From assembly GCA_934096015.1 (NCBI GenBank), contig CAKOLD010000004.1:1-59047 (forward strand): a DNA stretch of 59,047 nt, written 5' to 3'. This document shows, one piece after another, positions 1-7,824 of this stretch. Under the pieces are notes generated by a model. The model saw nothing but the letters and a program-made list of their open reading frames with translations. It did no database searches and had not been told where the DNA came from. A program made the position numbers and the translations under genes. This DNA comes from an uncultured Bacilli bacterium. GTDB lineage: Bacteria; Bacillota_I; Bacilli_A; RF39; UBA660. Every line of letters starts with the position of its first letter. The stretch's first letter is position 1.

Positions 1-25
1 TTTTATGAAAAAAATGGAGGTAATT

Positions 26-1996
26 ATGAATTTAGAAGATATAAAAGGTTTAGGACCAGTAAGTATTCAAAAATTAAAAAAACTAAACATCTTAAATATT
101 TACGATTTGCAAAATTATTATCCATATAAATACAATATATTAATTCCAAATAAATTAAGTGATCAGGCAGAAATTTTAAAATTAAATGCCATCATAATTG
201 ATTATCCAAAAATAAATTATATAAGAAAAAACCTAACAAAATTAACTATAACTGTAATTGTTGAAAATCAATCACTAAAAGTTACTATATTTAACAGACA
301 CTTTTTAAAAGATAAATTGTATCCAAATAAATCAATTTTTATAATAGGAAAATATAATAGACTTATTAATAGTTTCATAGCCAATGACATTATATTGGAA
401 AATATAAATAATGAAAAAATAGAACCAAAATATCATTTGATAGAATCCTTAAAAAACAATCAAATACATAATTATATTTTAGAATCTCTAAAATTTCCAG
501 TTAAAGATGAATTACCAAACGAATATGTTGAAAAACATAAACTTATCAACAATAAAGTTTCACTAGAATATATTCATAATCCCCAAACAGAAAAAGAAAT
601 AGTTGAAGCAAAAAAAAGAATTATTTATGAAGAACTATTTGATTATATGTTTAAAATTAATTACATAAAAAATAAAATAATTCAATCAGAAAAAAATATT
701 ATTAAAAAAATCAATAAAAAAGATCTTCAAATGTTTATAAAAAATTTACCATTCAATTTAACGGTTGACCAATTAAATGCCGTTAACGAAATAGAAAAAG
801 ATTTTGAATCTAATAAAAGAATGAATAGACTTATATTAGGTGATGTTGGAAGTGGAAAAACCATAGTTGCTGTTATTGCCTTATATATGAACCAAAAATC
901 AGGATTTCAAGGAGCCTTTATGGCCCCAACGGAAGTATTAGCAGAGCAACATTATAAAGAGTTTTTAAAATATTTTAAGAAAGACCAAATAAAATTATTA
1001 ACAGGAAGTACCTCAAAAAAAAATAAAGCTAGCATATTAAATAATTTAAAAGAAGGAACAATTGATATAATTATTGGAACACATAGCCTAATAGAAGAAA
1101 GCGTAGAGTTTAAGAATCTTGGATTAGTAATAACTGATGAACAACATAGATTTGGTGTAAATCAAAGAAAAAATCTTCAAAATAAAGGTGAACTTGTAGA
1201 TGTGATTTACATGAGTGCAACACCAATTCCTAGAACTCTAGCTTTAACTATTTATGGTGATATGGAAATTTCAGAAATAAAAACAAAACCATCAGGAAGA
1301 AAACCAATAATTACTAAACTTTATAAATATAAAGAACTTAAAGAAGTTTTAAATGCATGTCTTGAAGAATTAAAACTAAATCATCAGGTTTACGTGGTAT
1401 GTCCCTTAATAGAAGGTCAAAATGAAAATTCCGTAGAAAATTTAAAAGAAAAATTTGAATTAGCATTTCATAATAAAGTAAAAATAGAAACACTTCATGG
1501 TAAGAAAAACAGCAAAGAAAAAGAAGAAATAATTAACAATTTCAAAAAAAATCTGACAAAGATTTTAATAAGTACTACAGTAATAGAAGTTGGAATAGAC
1601 GTAAAAAATGCTACTACAATGATAATTTTTGATGCAGAAAGATTTGGATTAGCAACTCTTCATCAGTTAAGAGGGCGAGTTGGTAGAAATGATATTCAAT
1701 CATACTGTTATTTAATTAGTGATAAAGAAACAGAAAGATTAAAAGTTTTAGAGCAAAGTAATGATGGTTTTTATATTAGTGAAAAAGATTTTGAATTAAG
1801 AGGTAGTGGAGATATTTTTGGTACAAATCAAAGTGGTGAAAAATTATTTAAAATGGCCAATTTAAAAGAGGATTATAAGATTTTAAAATGTGCCAATGAA
1901 GACTCACTAGAATTTTTAAAAAATAATAAAGATAACAAATTTAATAAATATCCCAAATATAAATCCATAATTAATAAATTAGAATTTATTGATTAA
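26..1996 (+). CDS. recG: ATP-dependent DNA helicase RecG
   Basis: Long ORF 5..1996. SF2 helicase motifs GDVGSGKT (Walker A), ITDEQHRFG, MSATPIPRTL and QLRGRVGRN occur in RecG order after an N-terminal wedge-like region. ATG at 26 is preceded by GGAGG (16-20); the ORF-track start at 5 has no SD. Confidence 0.9.
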   Translation: MNLEDIKGLGPVSIQKLKKLNILNIYDLQNYYPYKYNILIPNKLSDQAEILKLNAIIIDYPKINYIRKNLTKLTITVIVENQSLKVTIFNRHFLKDKLYPNKSIFIIGKYNRLINSFIANDIILENINNEKIEPKYHLIESLKNNQIHNYILESLKFPVKDELPNEYVEKHKLINNKVSLEYIHNPQTEKEIVEAKKRIIYEELFDYMFKINYIKNKIIQSEKNIIKKINKKDLQMFIKNLPFNLTVDQLNAVNEIEKDFESNKRMNRLILGDVGSGKTIVAVIALYMNQKSGFQGAFMAPTEVLAEQHYKEFLKYFKKDQIKLLTGSTSKKNKASILNNLKEGTIDIIIGTHSLIEESVEFKNLGLVITDEQHRFGVNQRKNLQNKGELVDVIYMSATPIPRTLALTIYGDMEISEIKTKPSGRKPIITKLYKYKELKEVLNACLEELKLNHQVYVVCPLIEGQNENSVENLKEKFELAFHNKVKIETLHGKKNSKEKEEIINNFKKNLTKILISTTVIEVGIDVKNATTMIIFDAERFGLATLHQLRGRVGRNDIQSYCYLISDKETERLKVLEQSNDGFYISEKDFELRGSGDIFGTNQSGEKLFKMANLKEDYKILKCANEDSLEFLKNNKDNKFNKYPKYKSIINKLEFID

Positions 1997-2047
1997 AAAT
2001 CTTCAAAACCAATTGACAAATATTCTTAAATTTTATATCATATTTAT

Positions 2048-2141
2048 AGCATGGTAGAAATATCATGCAGATAACTCTAACGACATTGTGTTAGAGTGTA
2101 TCAACCAAAACCCCCTGAAGAGAGCGAAAGCTCTCGTTTTT
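2048..2141 (+). ncRNA. Candidate small RNA (or structured recG 3'UTR / leader) with a C-rich unpaired segment
   Basis: TTGACA (2013-2018), 17 nt spacer, TATCAT (2036-2041). Then stem-loops GCATG/CATGC (2049-2053/2064-2068) and CTCTAAC/GTTAGAG (2075-2081/2090-2096), unpaired CAACCAAAACCCCCUGAA (2102-2119), and a GAGAGC-GAAA-GCUCUC terminator plus U-tract (2120-2141). No ORF with an SD lies inside. Confidence 0.3.
2120..2141 (+). terminator. Rho-independent terminator (GNRA-looped hairpin + T-tract)
   Basis: GAGAGC GAAA GCTCTC followed by GTTTTT, 124 nt after the recG stop. Confidence 0.7.
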
Positions 2142-2274
2142 GTTTATTTTAAGGAATTTTTGAGTAATGAAAAGTGCTCTATGTTTCATAATAGTTGTTA
2201 TATTTATGTAAACATATAAAAAATTTTTAATTTAAATATATTAGTAACAAATATACGAATAAGGAGTAAAAATT

Positions 2275-2994
2275 ATGCTTAATGAAAAAATAAAAAAGTT
2301 ACAAGAGATAATGGATAATTCAAATAATATTGTATTTTTTGGTGGTGCGGGAGTATCAACAGCAAGTGGCTTAAAAGATTTTAGAGGAAAAAATGGTATA
2401 TATAAAGAAAAGTACGATAAAACACCAGAATATTACTTAAGCTGTTCATGTTTATATCAGGAACCAGAAGTATTTTATAAATTTTATAAAGATAACATGA
2501 ATTGTTTGCATGCTAAACCTAATATAGTCCATACCTATTTGACAAAATTAGAGAAAAATGGCAAATTAAAAGCAATAATTACACAAAATATAGATAATTT
2601 ACATCAGAAAGCCGGTAGTAAAAATGTTTTGGAAATACACGGGACAACATTTAGAAATTATTGTGTTGGCTGTAATAAAGAATATGATGCAAATTACATT
2701 TTTAATTGTAAGGGCATCCCGAAATGTGAATGTGGAGAATTGATTAGACCAGACGTTGTCCTATATGGTGAATTGTTACCCAATTGTTTCGACGATGCAA
2801 AAAGCTATATAGCTAAAGCAGATACTTTAATAGTTGCAGGAACATCATTAACAGTACAACCTGCATGTGGTCTTGTTGATTTATTTAAGGGTAAGAATCT
2901 AATAATTATTAATAATGATAAAACACCATATGATAATAAAGCAACTTTAATTATTAATGACGATTTAGTAAATGTATTTTTTAATTTAAAGTGA
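2275..2994 (+). CDS. cobB: NAD-dependent protein deacylase, Sir2 family (CobB-type sirtuin)
   Basis: GGAGVSTASGLKDFRG, TQNIDNLH, catalytic HG, and Zn-ribbon cysteines CVGC...CECG in canonical sirtuin order. SD AAGGAG upstream of the ATG. Confidence 0.9.
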   Translation: MLNEKIKKLQEIMDNSNNIVFFGGAGVSTASGLKDFRGKNGIYKEKYDKTPEYYLSCSCLYQEPEVFYKFYKDNMNCLHAKPNIVHTYLTKLEKNGKLKAIITQNIDNLHQKAGSKNVLEIHGTTFRNYCVGCNKEYDANYIFNCKGIPKCECGELIRPDVVLYGELLPNCFDDAKSYIAKADTLIVAGTSLTVQPACGLVDLFKGKNLIIINNDKTPYDNKATLIINDDLVNVFFNLK

Positions 2995-3188
2995 CATATG
3001 TAGGAACTATAAAGATTAGTTTCAATAAAATTTTTTTCAAAAAAAATCTAAAAATTATTATTTAATGTTAATAATAATTTTTATTTTGAAAGTGAGGTTT
3101 AAATATGAAAAATATATTCTATACATATTTAAAAGAAAAAACTAGTATGGTAGAATAATCAAATAAAATTTAATTATTAGGGGGATTT

Positions 3189-3743
3189 ATGAACAAGGTA
3201 ATTTTTTTATATATAGATGGAGTCTTAAATGATATAAGAATAAAATTTAAAGAAGAAAGCGTAAATGTCATTAAAGAATTAATAAAAATATATAATGCTA
3301 AAGTAGTCATGATAACATCGTGGCAATTAAATGGTACTATAAATAGAAGAAAATATATTGCAAATAAATTAACAGAACAAGGGATATATAAAGTAGATTT
3401 TATTGAACCAAATTTTGAAGGAGGTTTTTTTGGTATAGATATACCAGATCGAGTATTGGGAATAATTGATTATTTAAAAAATCATAATGTATCAAGCTAT
3501 GTAATATTGGATGATGAGTATCATAATGACTATAGATTATTATGTTTAAATCATTATAGGACTTTGCCACTAAAAGGATTAACACGCAAAGACCTATCAA
3601 AAATATCATTTAAAAAAGTAAATTTGAACAACTTTAATTATGTAACCTATGAATATAGAAAAATGGATGAATATGAACAAGCAACAAACGATTTAATAAA
3701 AGTATTAAAAAAAGTTAATAATATACATAATTTTACAAATTAA
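3189..3743 (+). CDS. HAD-superfamily phosphatase-like protein, function unknown
   Basis: N-terminal IFLYIDGVLN (DxDG nucleophile motif), ITSW, and later YVILDDE, arranged as in small stand-alone HAD-like proteins. SD GGGGGA upstream. Confidence 0.5.
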   Translation: MNKVIFLYIDGVLNDIRIKFKEESVNVIKELIKIYNAKVVMITSWQLNGTINRRKYIANKLTEQGIYKVDFIEPNFEGGFFGIDIPDRVLGIIDYLKNHNVSSYVILDDEYHNDYRLLCLNHYRTLPLKGLTRKDLSKISFKKVNLNNFNYVTYEYRKMDEYEQATNDLIKVLKKVNNIHNFTN

Positions 3744-3808
3744 GTGTATATGAATAGTACTTTTTAAAAAAAAAATGATAAAATAATGCATAGAGAAAAG
3801 AGGTATTT

Positions 3809-4699
3809 ATGTATATAATTAATTTTATAAGAGGATTTTGTATGGCTCTGGCAGACAGTGTTCCAGGAGTATCTGGAGGAACAGTAGCTTTTATCTTAGG
3901 ATTCTATGACAAATTTATAACATCTCTTGATGATTTGGCAACTGGTTCTATGGAAAAGAAAAAAGAATCTTTAAAGTTTTTATTTAAAATAGGTATTGGT
4001 TGGATAGTTGGATTTGTTTTAGCAGTTTTAGTTCTAGGAAATCTATTTGAGAGTCATATATATCAAATTAGCTCACTATTTATAGGTTTTATAATTTTTG
4101 CTATTCCTATAATTATAAAAGAAGAGAAAGACTGCTTAAAAGGGAAATATTTAAATCTTATATTTTTTATAATTGGAATCGCTGTTGTTTGTGCAATAAC
4201 ATATTTTAATCCAATAGGAAGTGCTGAAACTAGTATTGATGTTAGTCACGTATCATTGAAATTAGGAATTTATACATTCCTAGTTGCTATGATTGCAATA
4301 TCAGCAATGGTATTGCCTGGAATAAGCGGATCAACACTTTTGTTAATATTTGGTTTATATATGCCAATAATTAATGCAATTAAAGAATTTTTACATTTCA
4401 ACTTATCATATATGCCTATTTTAATTATATTTGTTTTAGGTATTATAACTGGAATCTTATTAACAATAAAAATAATAAAAAAATCTATTGAAAATCATAG
4501 ATCAGCGATGATGTATTTAATTTTAGGACTAATGATTGGTTCAATATATGCAATTATAGAAGGTCCTAAAACTCTTGATATACCCCAAGCTGCATTAAGC
4601 TTTAAAACTTTTAGTATAATTTATTTTATAATTGGAGGATTAGTAATTATCGGAATGCAATTATTAAAAAATAAATTAGAAAAAGGAAAACAAGATTAA
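3809..4699 (+). CDS. DUF368 family polytopic membrane protein (PopT-type candidate undecaprenyl-phosphate translocase)
   Basis: Duplicated signature SVPGVSGGT and LPGISGST, with about 8 hydrophobic segments. This is typical DUF368 architecture. Confidence 0.8.
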   Translation: MYIINFIRGFCMALADSVPGVSGGTVAFILGFYDKFITSLDDLATGSMEKKKESLKFLFKIGIGWIVGFVLAVLVLGNLFESHIYQISSLFIGFIIFAIPIIIKEEKDCLKGKYLNLIFFIIGIAVVCAITYFNPIGSAETSIDVSHVSLKLGIYTFLVAMIAISAMVLPGISGSTLLLIFGLYMPIINAIKEFLHFNLSYMPILIIFVLGIITGILLTIKIIKKSIENHRSAMMYLILGLMIGSIYAIIEGPKTLDIPQAALSFKTFSIIYFIIGGLVIIGMQLLKNKLEKGKQD

Positions 4700-4701
4700 C
4701 A

Positions 4702-5046
4702 ATGATAAAATTTTTAAGAAGCTTCAAATATGCTTTTGAAGGTATTGTTAGTTCTATTAAAAGTGAAAGAAATGTAATAGTTCACTTTTTAATAATGATA
4801 TTAGTAATTATTTCAGGACTATATTTTCATATATCCAAAACAGAATGGTTAATATGTATTATTCTTTTTGGTCTTGTAATAAGTGCAGAATTAATGAATA
4901 CTGCTATAGAAACAACATTAGATTTATGTCATCCTGAAAAAAACGATAAAGTAAAATTAGCTAAAGATGTTGCTGCCGGATCAGTTCTCGTAACAGCTAT
5001 ATCTGCAGCAATTATAGGATTACTTATATTTATTCCTAAAATATAA
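4702..5046 (+). CDS. dgkA: Prokaryotic diacylglycerol kinase family protein (undecaprenol kinase type in Gram-positives)
   Basis: 114 aa with 3 TM segments. Motifs SERN..VH and AELMNTAIE plus a KD.AAG.V tail are typical of DgkA. Starts 2 nt after the DUF368 stop. Confidence 0.8.
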   Translation: MIKFLRSFKYAFEGIVSSIKSERNVIVHFLIMILVIISGLYFHISKTEWLICIILFGLVISAELMNTAIETTLDLCHPEKNDKVKLAKDVAAGSVLVTAISAAIIGLLIFIPKI

Positions 5047-5048
5047 AA

Positions 5049-5076
5049 AAATTAAACATCCAGTTTAATTTTTTTT
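5049..5076. terminator. Bidirectional hairpin terminator between dgkA and the convergent XRE gene
   Basis: AAATTAAAC atcca GTTTAATTT (9 bp stem) flanked by an A-run and a T-run. Overlaps the last codons of the minus-strand ORF. Confidence 0.6.
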
Positions 5077-5322
5077 ATTTGGTATATATTCAATAATGTC
5101 TTCCAATTTGCAATTACAAAAATCACAAATCTTTGCAATAACATTTGCGTCAAATCTAGTTAAATCTCCTCTAGCATACCTATTAATTACTTTGTATTCA
5201 GAATTTAATTGTTTTGCTAAAATATATTTTGTTTTTTTTATTTTCTTTAGCATTAATTCTAATTTAAATTTATAATATCCATTTTCACAAGGAATAATGA
5301 ATACTCTAGCATCTTTTCTCAT
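5065..5322 (-). CDS. XRE/Cro-C1-type helix-turn-helix transcriptional regulator
   Basis: C-terminal HTH-like segment KTKYILAKQLNSEYKVINRYARGD...IAKICDFCNCKLEDIIEY. GGAGGA abuts the first ATG (5331), so the second in-frame ATG (5322) has better SD spacing. Start is uncertain between 5331 and 5322. Confidence 0.6.
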   Translation of the reverse strand: MRKDARVFIIPCENGYYKFKLELMLKKIKKTKYILAKQLNSEYKVINRYARGDLTRFDANVIAKICDFCNCKLEDIIEYIPNKKN

Positions 5323-5461
5323 AAAATCCATTCCTCCAGTTGATAATTTGTTTACTTACATAAATTGTATCACCGTAGGTCCCTTGAAATAAGCTGACAC
5401 AAAAGCCCATAATAATTTTGCCCATTTTTTTCACAAATATTCTAGCAAATTTTAAAAAAAA

Positions 5462-5488
5462 TTAGCACTCTATATTGACAAGTGCCAC
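5462..5488 (+). promoter_or_regulatory. CIRCE-like (HrcA-type) operator overlapping the htpG -35
   Basis: TTAGCACTC-TATATTGAC-AAGTGCCAC versus consensus TTAGCACTC-N9-GAGTGCTAA. Left arm 9/9, right arm 6/9. Spacer and arms are nearly identical to the clpB element at 19894-19920. Confidence 0.5.
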
Positions 5489-5503
5489 AACTAGTGTTAT
5501 AAC
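5475..5503 (+). promoter_or_regulatory. Sigma-A-type promoter of htpG-hsp20
   Basis: TTGACA (5475-5480), 17 nt spacer, TATAAC (5498-5503), about 55 nt upstream of the htpG start. Confidence 0.55.
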
Positions 5504-5507
5504 ATAA

Positions 5508-5533
5508 TTAGTTAGTATAAATGTACTAACTAA
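5508..5533. promoter_or_regulatory. Perfect 10-bp inverted repeat at about +1 of the htpG promoter (operator or 5'UTR hairpin)
   Basis: TTAGTTAGTA-taaatg-TACTAACTAA; the arms are exact reverse complements. Confidence 0.5.
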
Positions 5534-5558
5534 GAGCAGAATAGAAAAGAGTGATATA

Positions 5559-7406
5559 TTGAAACATAGACAATTTAAAGCAGAATCAAAGAAATTGCTT
5601 GATATGATGATTAATTCTATTTACACAAATAAAGAAATATTTTTAAGAGAATTAATAAGTAATGCTAGTGATGCCATAGACAAATTATATTATCAGTCTT
5701 TAACAGATAAAAAAATATCAGTAAAGAAAAATGATTTAAAAATTCAAATTGATATTGATAGTAACGCGAGAGTATTAACTATAAAAGATAATGGCTGTGG
5801 TATGACAGAAGAAGAATTAGAAAGCAACCTAGGTACAATTGCCAAAAGTGGATCTGCATTATTTAAAGAAAATAATGATTTGAAAAAAGATATGGAAATA
5901 ATAGGCCAATTTGGAGTAGGATTTTATTCAGCATTTATGGTTTGTGATAAAGTTGAAGTTATCAGTACATCAGTAAATGATCCTAAAACATATAAATGGT
6001 CGTCAAACGGAATAGATGGTTATTCTATAGAAGAAACAGAAAAAAAACCAATTGGTACAACTATTAATTTGTATTTAAAAGAAAATACTGAAACTGAAAA
6101 TTACGATGAATTCTTAGAAACATCAGAGATTGAAAGATTAATAAAAAAATATTCGGATTATATTCATTATCCAATTCAATTATTAAAACAACATGATGAT
6201 AAAAAAGAATATGTAACCATAAATAGTATGATTCCAATATGGAAGAAAAAACAATCAAGTGTAAAAGAAGAAGAGTATAATGATTTTTATACAGATAAAT
6301 TTTATGACTACGAAAAGCCATTAAAAATTATTAGAAGTGAAGTTGAAGGTCAAAGTACATATCAAGCACTATTATTTATTCCATCACATGCTCCATACGA
6401 TTTTTATACAAAAGAATATGAAAAAGGTTTGAAACTATATTCAAAAGGTGTTTTAATTCAAGAAAAGTGTTCTGAATTATTACCAGATCATTTTAGTTTT
6501 GTAAAAGGAATAGTTGATTCAGAAGATTTAAGTTTAAATATCTCCCGTGAAACTCTTCAACAAAATCATCAATTAAAACTAATTGCAAAAAGTTTAGAAA
6601 CTAAAATAACTAAAGAGTTAGCTAATATGTTAAAAGAAGAACGAGATAACTACGAAAAATTTTTTGAAGCTTTTGGAAATCAATTAAAATATGGTATATA
6701 CTCTAGTTATGGAATGAATAAAGAAAAATTAGAAGATTTACTATTATTCAAAGAAAGTAAAGAACACAAATATATTACTTTAAATGAGTATCTTGAAAAC
6801 ATGTTAGAAAATCAAGAAAAAATTTATTATGCATCTGGAGAAACTATTGAAAAAATAGATTTATTACCTCAAGTAGAAGCAGTAAAAAATAAAGGATATC
6901 AAATATTATATTTAACTGATTACGTAGACGAATTTACTTTAAAGTCTTTAGAAAATTATAAAGATAAAAAATTCCAAAATGTATCTGATGAATCTTTAGA
7001 TTTAGATTCAGAAGATGAAAAAAAAGCAATCAATAAAGAAAATGAAGATAACAAAGAATTGCTTAAAGAAATAAAAGAATCATTAAATATAACTGAAGTA
7101 AAATTTACTAATAGATTAACAAATCATCCAGTATGCTTAACAACAACAGGTGAGGTTTCCATTGAAATGCAAAAAGTTTTAAATGCTATGCCAAATAATG
7201 AAAAAATAGAAGCTAAGACAACAATGGAAATTAATATAAAACATCCTATTGCTGATAAGTTAAAAGAATTATATAAAAATAATCAAAATGAAACAATAAA
7301 AGAATATGCTAAAATACTTTATTCACAAGCAAGATTAATTGAAGGTTTATCACTTGATAATCCAACAGAAATTAGTAATCTAATATGTGAAGTATTAGCA
7401 AAATAA
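5559..7406 (+). CDS. htpG: Molecular chaperone HtpG (Hsp90 family)
   Basis: N-terminal FKAESKKLLDMMINSIYTNKEIFLRELISNASDAIDKL and GQFGVGFYSAF GHKL motifs; 615 aa. TTG start at 5559 as in the ORF track, with AAAAGAGTG upstream. Confidence 0.93.
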   Translation: MKHRQFKAESKKLLDMMINSIYTNKEIFLRELISNASDAIDKLYYQSLTDKKISVKKNDLKIQIDIDSNARVLTIKDNGCGMTEEELESNLGTIAKSGSALFKENNDLKKDMEIIGQFGVGFYSAFMVCDKVEVISTSVNDPKTYKWSSNGIDGYSIEETEKKPIGTTINLYLKENTETENYDEFLETSEIERLIKKYSDYIHYPIQLLKQHDDKKEYVTINSMIPIWKKKQSSVKEEEYNDFYTDKFYDYEKPLKIIRSEVEGQSTYQALLFIPSHAPYDFYTKEYEKGLKLYSKGVLIQEKCSELLPDHFSFVKGIVDSEDLSLNISRETLQQNHQLKLIAKSLETKITKELANMLKEERDNYEKFFEAFGNQLKYGIYSSYGMNKEKLEDLLLFKESKEHKYITLNEYLENMLENQEKIYYASGETIEKIDLLPQVEAVKNKGYQILYLTDYVDEFTLKSLENYKDKKFQNVSDESLDLDSEDEKKAINKENEDNKELLKEIKESLNITEVKFTNRLTNHPVCLTTTGEVSIEMQKVLNAMPNNEKIEAKTTMEINIKHPIADKLKELYKNNQNETIKEYAKILYSQARLIEGLSLDNPTEISNLICEVLAK

Positions 7407-7424
7407 TAGAAAGAGGGAATTTAT

Positions 7425-7802
7425 ATGTTACCAAGTAGATTATTTTATGACACATTTTTAGATGAAATGCCAAGTATGAAAGGAATGCAATGTGATATTT
7501 ATGAAAAAGATAATAATTACCACATTGAAATGGATGTTCCAGGATATAAAAAAGAAGAAATAAAAATTGAATGTCACAAAGGAACATTAACAATAACTGC
7601 AGAAAAAAATATTGAAAATGAAGAAAAAGACGAAGATAAAAAATATATTCGTCAAGAAAGAAAATACGGAAAGATAGAAAGATCATTTTATTTAGGTGAT
7701 ATTGAAGAAGAAAATATTCATGCTAAATTTGAAAATGGTATACTAGAAATAATAGTTCCAGAAAAAAAAGAAATAGAAAGAAAAACTATAGAAATAAATT
7801 AG
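7425..7802 (+). CDS. Small heat-shock protein, Hsp20/alpha-crystallin family
   Basis: 125 aa. Alpha-crystallin core DIYEKDNNYHIEMDVPGYKKEEIKIE...LTITAE...RSFYL...A.FENGILEI.VP. Starts 18 nt after htpG, so it is probably co-transcribed. Confidence 0.9.
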   Translation: MLPSRLFYDTFLDEMPSMKGMQCDIYEKDNNYHIEMDVPGYKKEEIKIECHKGTLTITAEKNIENEEKDEDKKYIRQERKYGKIERSFYLGDIEEENIHAKFENGILEIIVPEKKEIERKTIEIN

Positions 7803-7824
7803 TAGGAGAGATCCTACTTTTTTT
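7801..7824. terminator. Hairpin terminator shared by hsp20 (+) and the convergent helicase gene (-)
   Basis: AGTAGGA gaga TCCTACT followed by TTTTTT. Confidence 0.7.

Noticed and set aside
2100-2274. Possible NAD+-sensing riboswitch or leader upstream of the NAD-consuming sirtuin gene (AAAACCCCC resembles the ACANCCCC bulge of the nadA motif)
   Set aside because: The match to ACANCCCC is imperfect (AAAACCCC). I could not find the tandem-domain architecture. The nadA motif is known from a different phylum and gene context. The terminator is 133 nt from the cobB start. I kept only the neutral sRNA/leader hypothesis.
3105-3158. 17-codon mini-ORF (MKNIFYTYLKEKTSMVE) with an AGTGAGG SD upstream of the HAD-like gene
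   Set aside because: It overlaps the likely extended -10 (TGGTAGAAT, 3148-3156) of the downstream gene. It has no recognisable leader-peptide logic (no codon runs, no attenuator hairpins). ORFs of this size arise by chance in AT-rich DNA.
2275-3743. Sir2 + HAD-like gene pair as a possible NAD-depleting anti-phage defence module
   Set aside because: The Sir2 protein is a compact canonical sirtuin with the Zn-ribbon cysteines and all deacylase motifs. It has no fused sensor or effector domain. The two genes are separated by a 194-bp promoter-containing gap.
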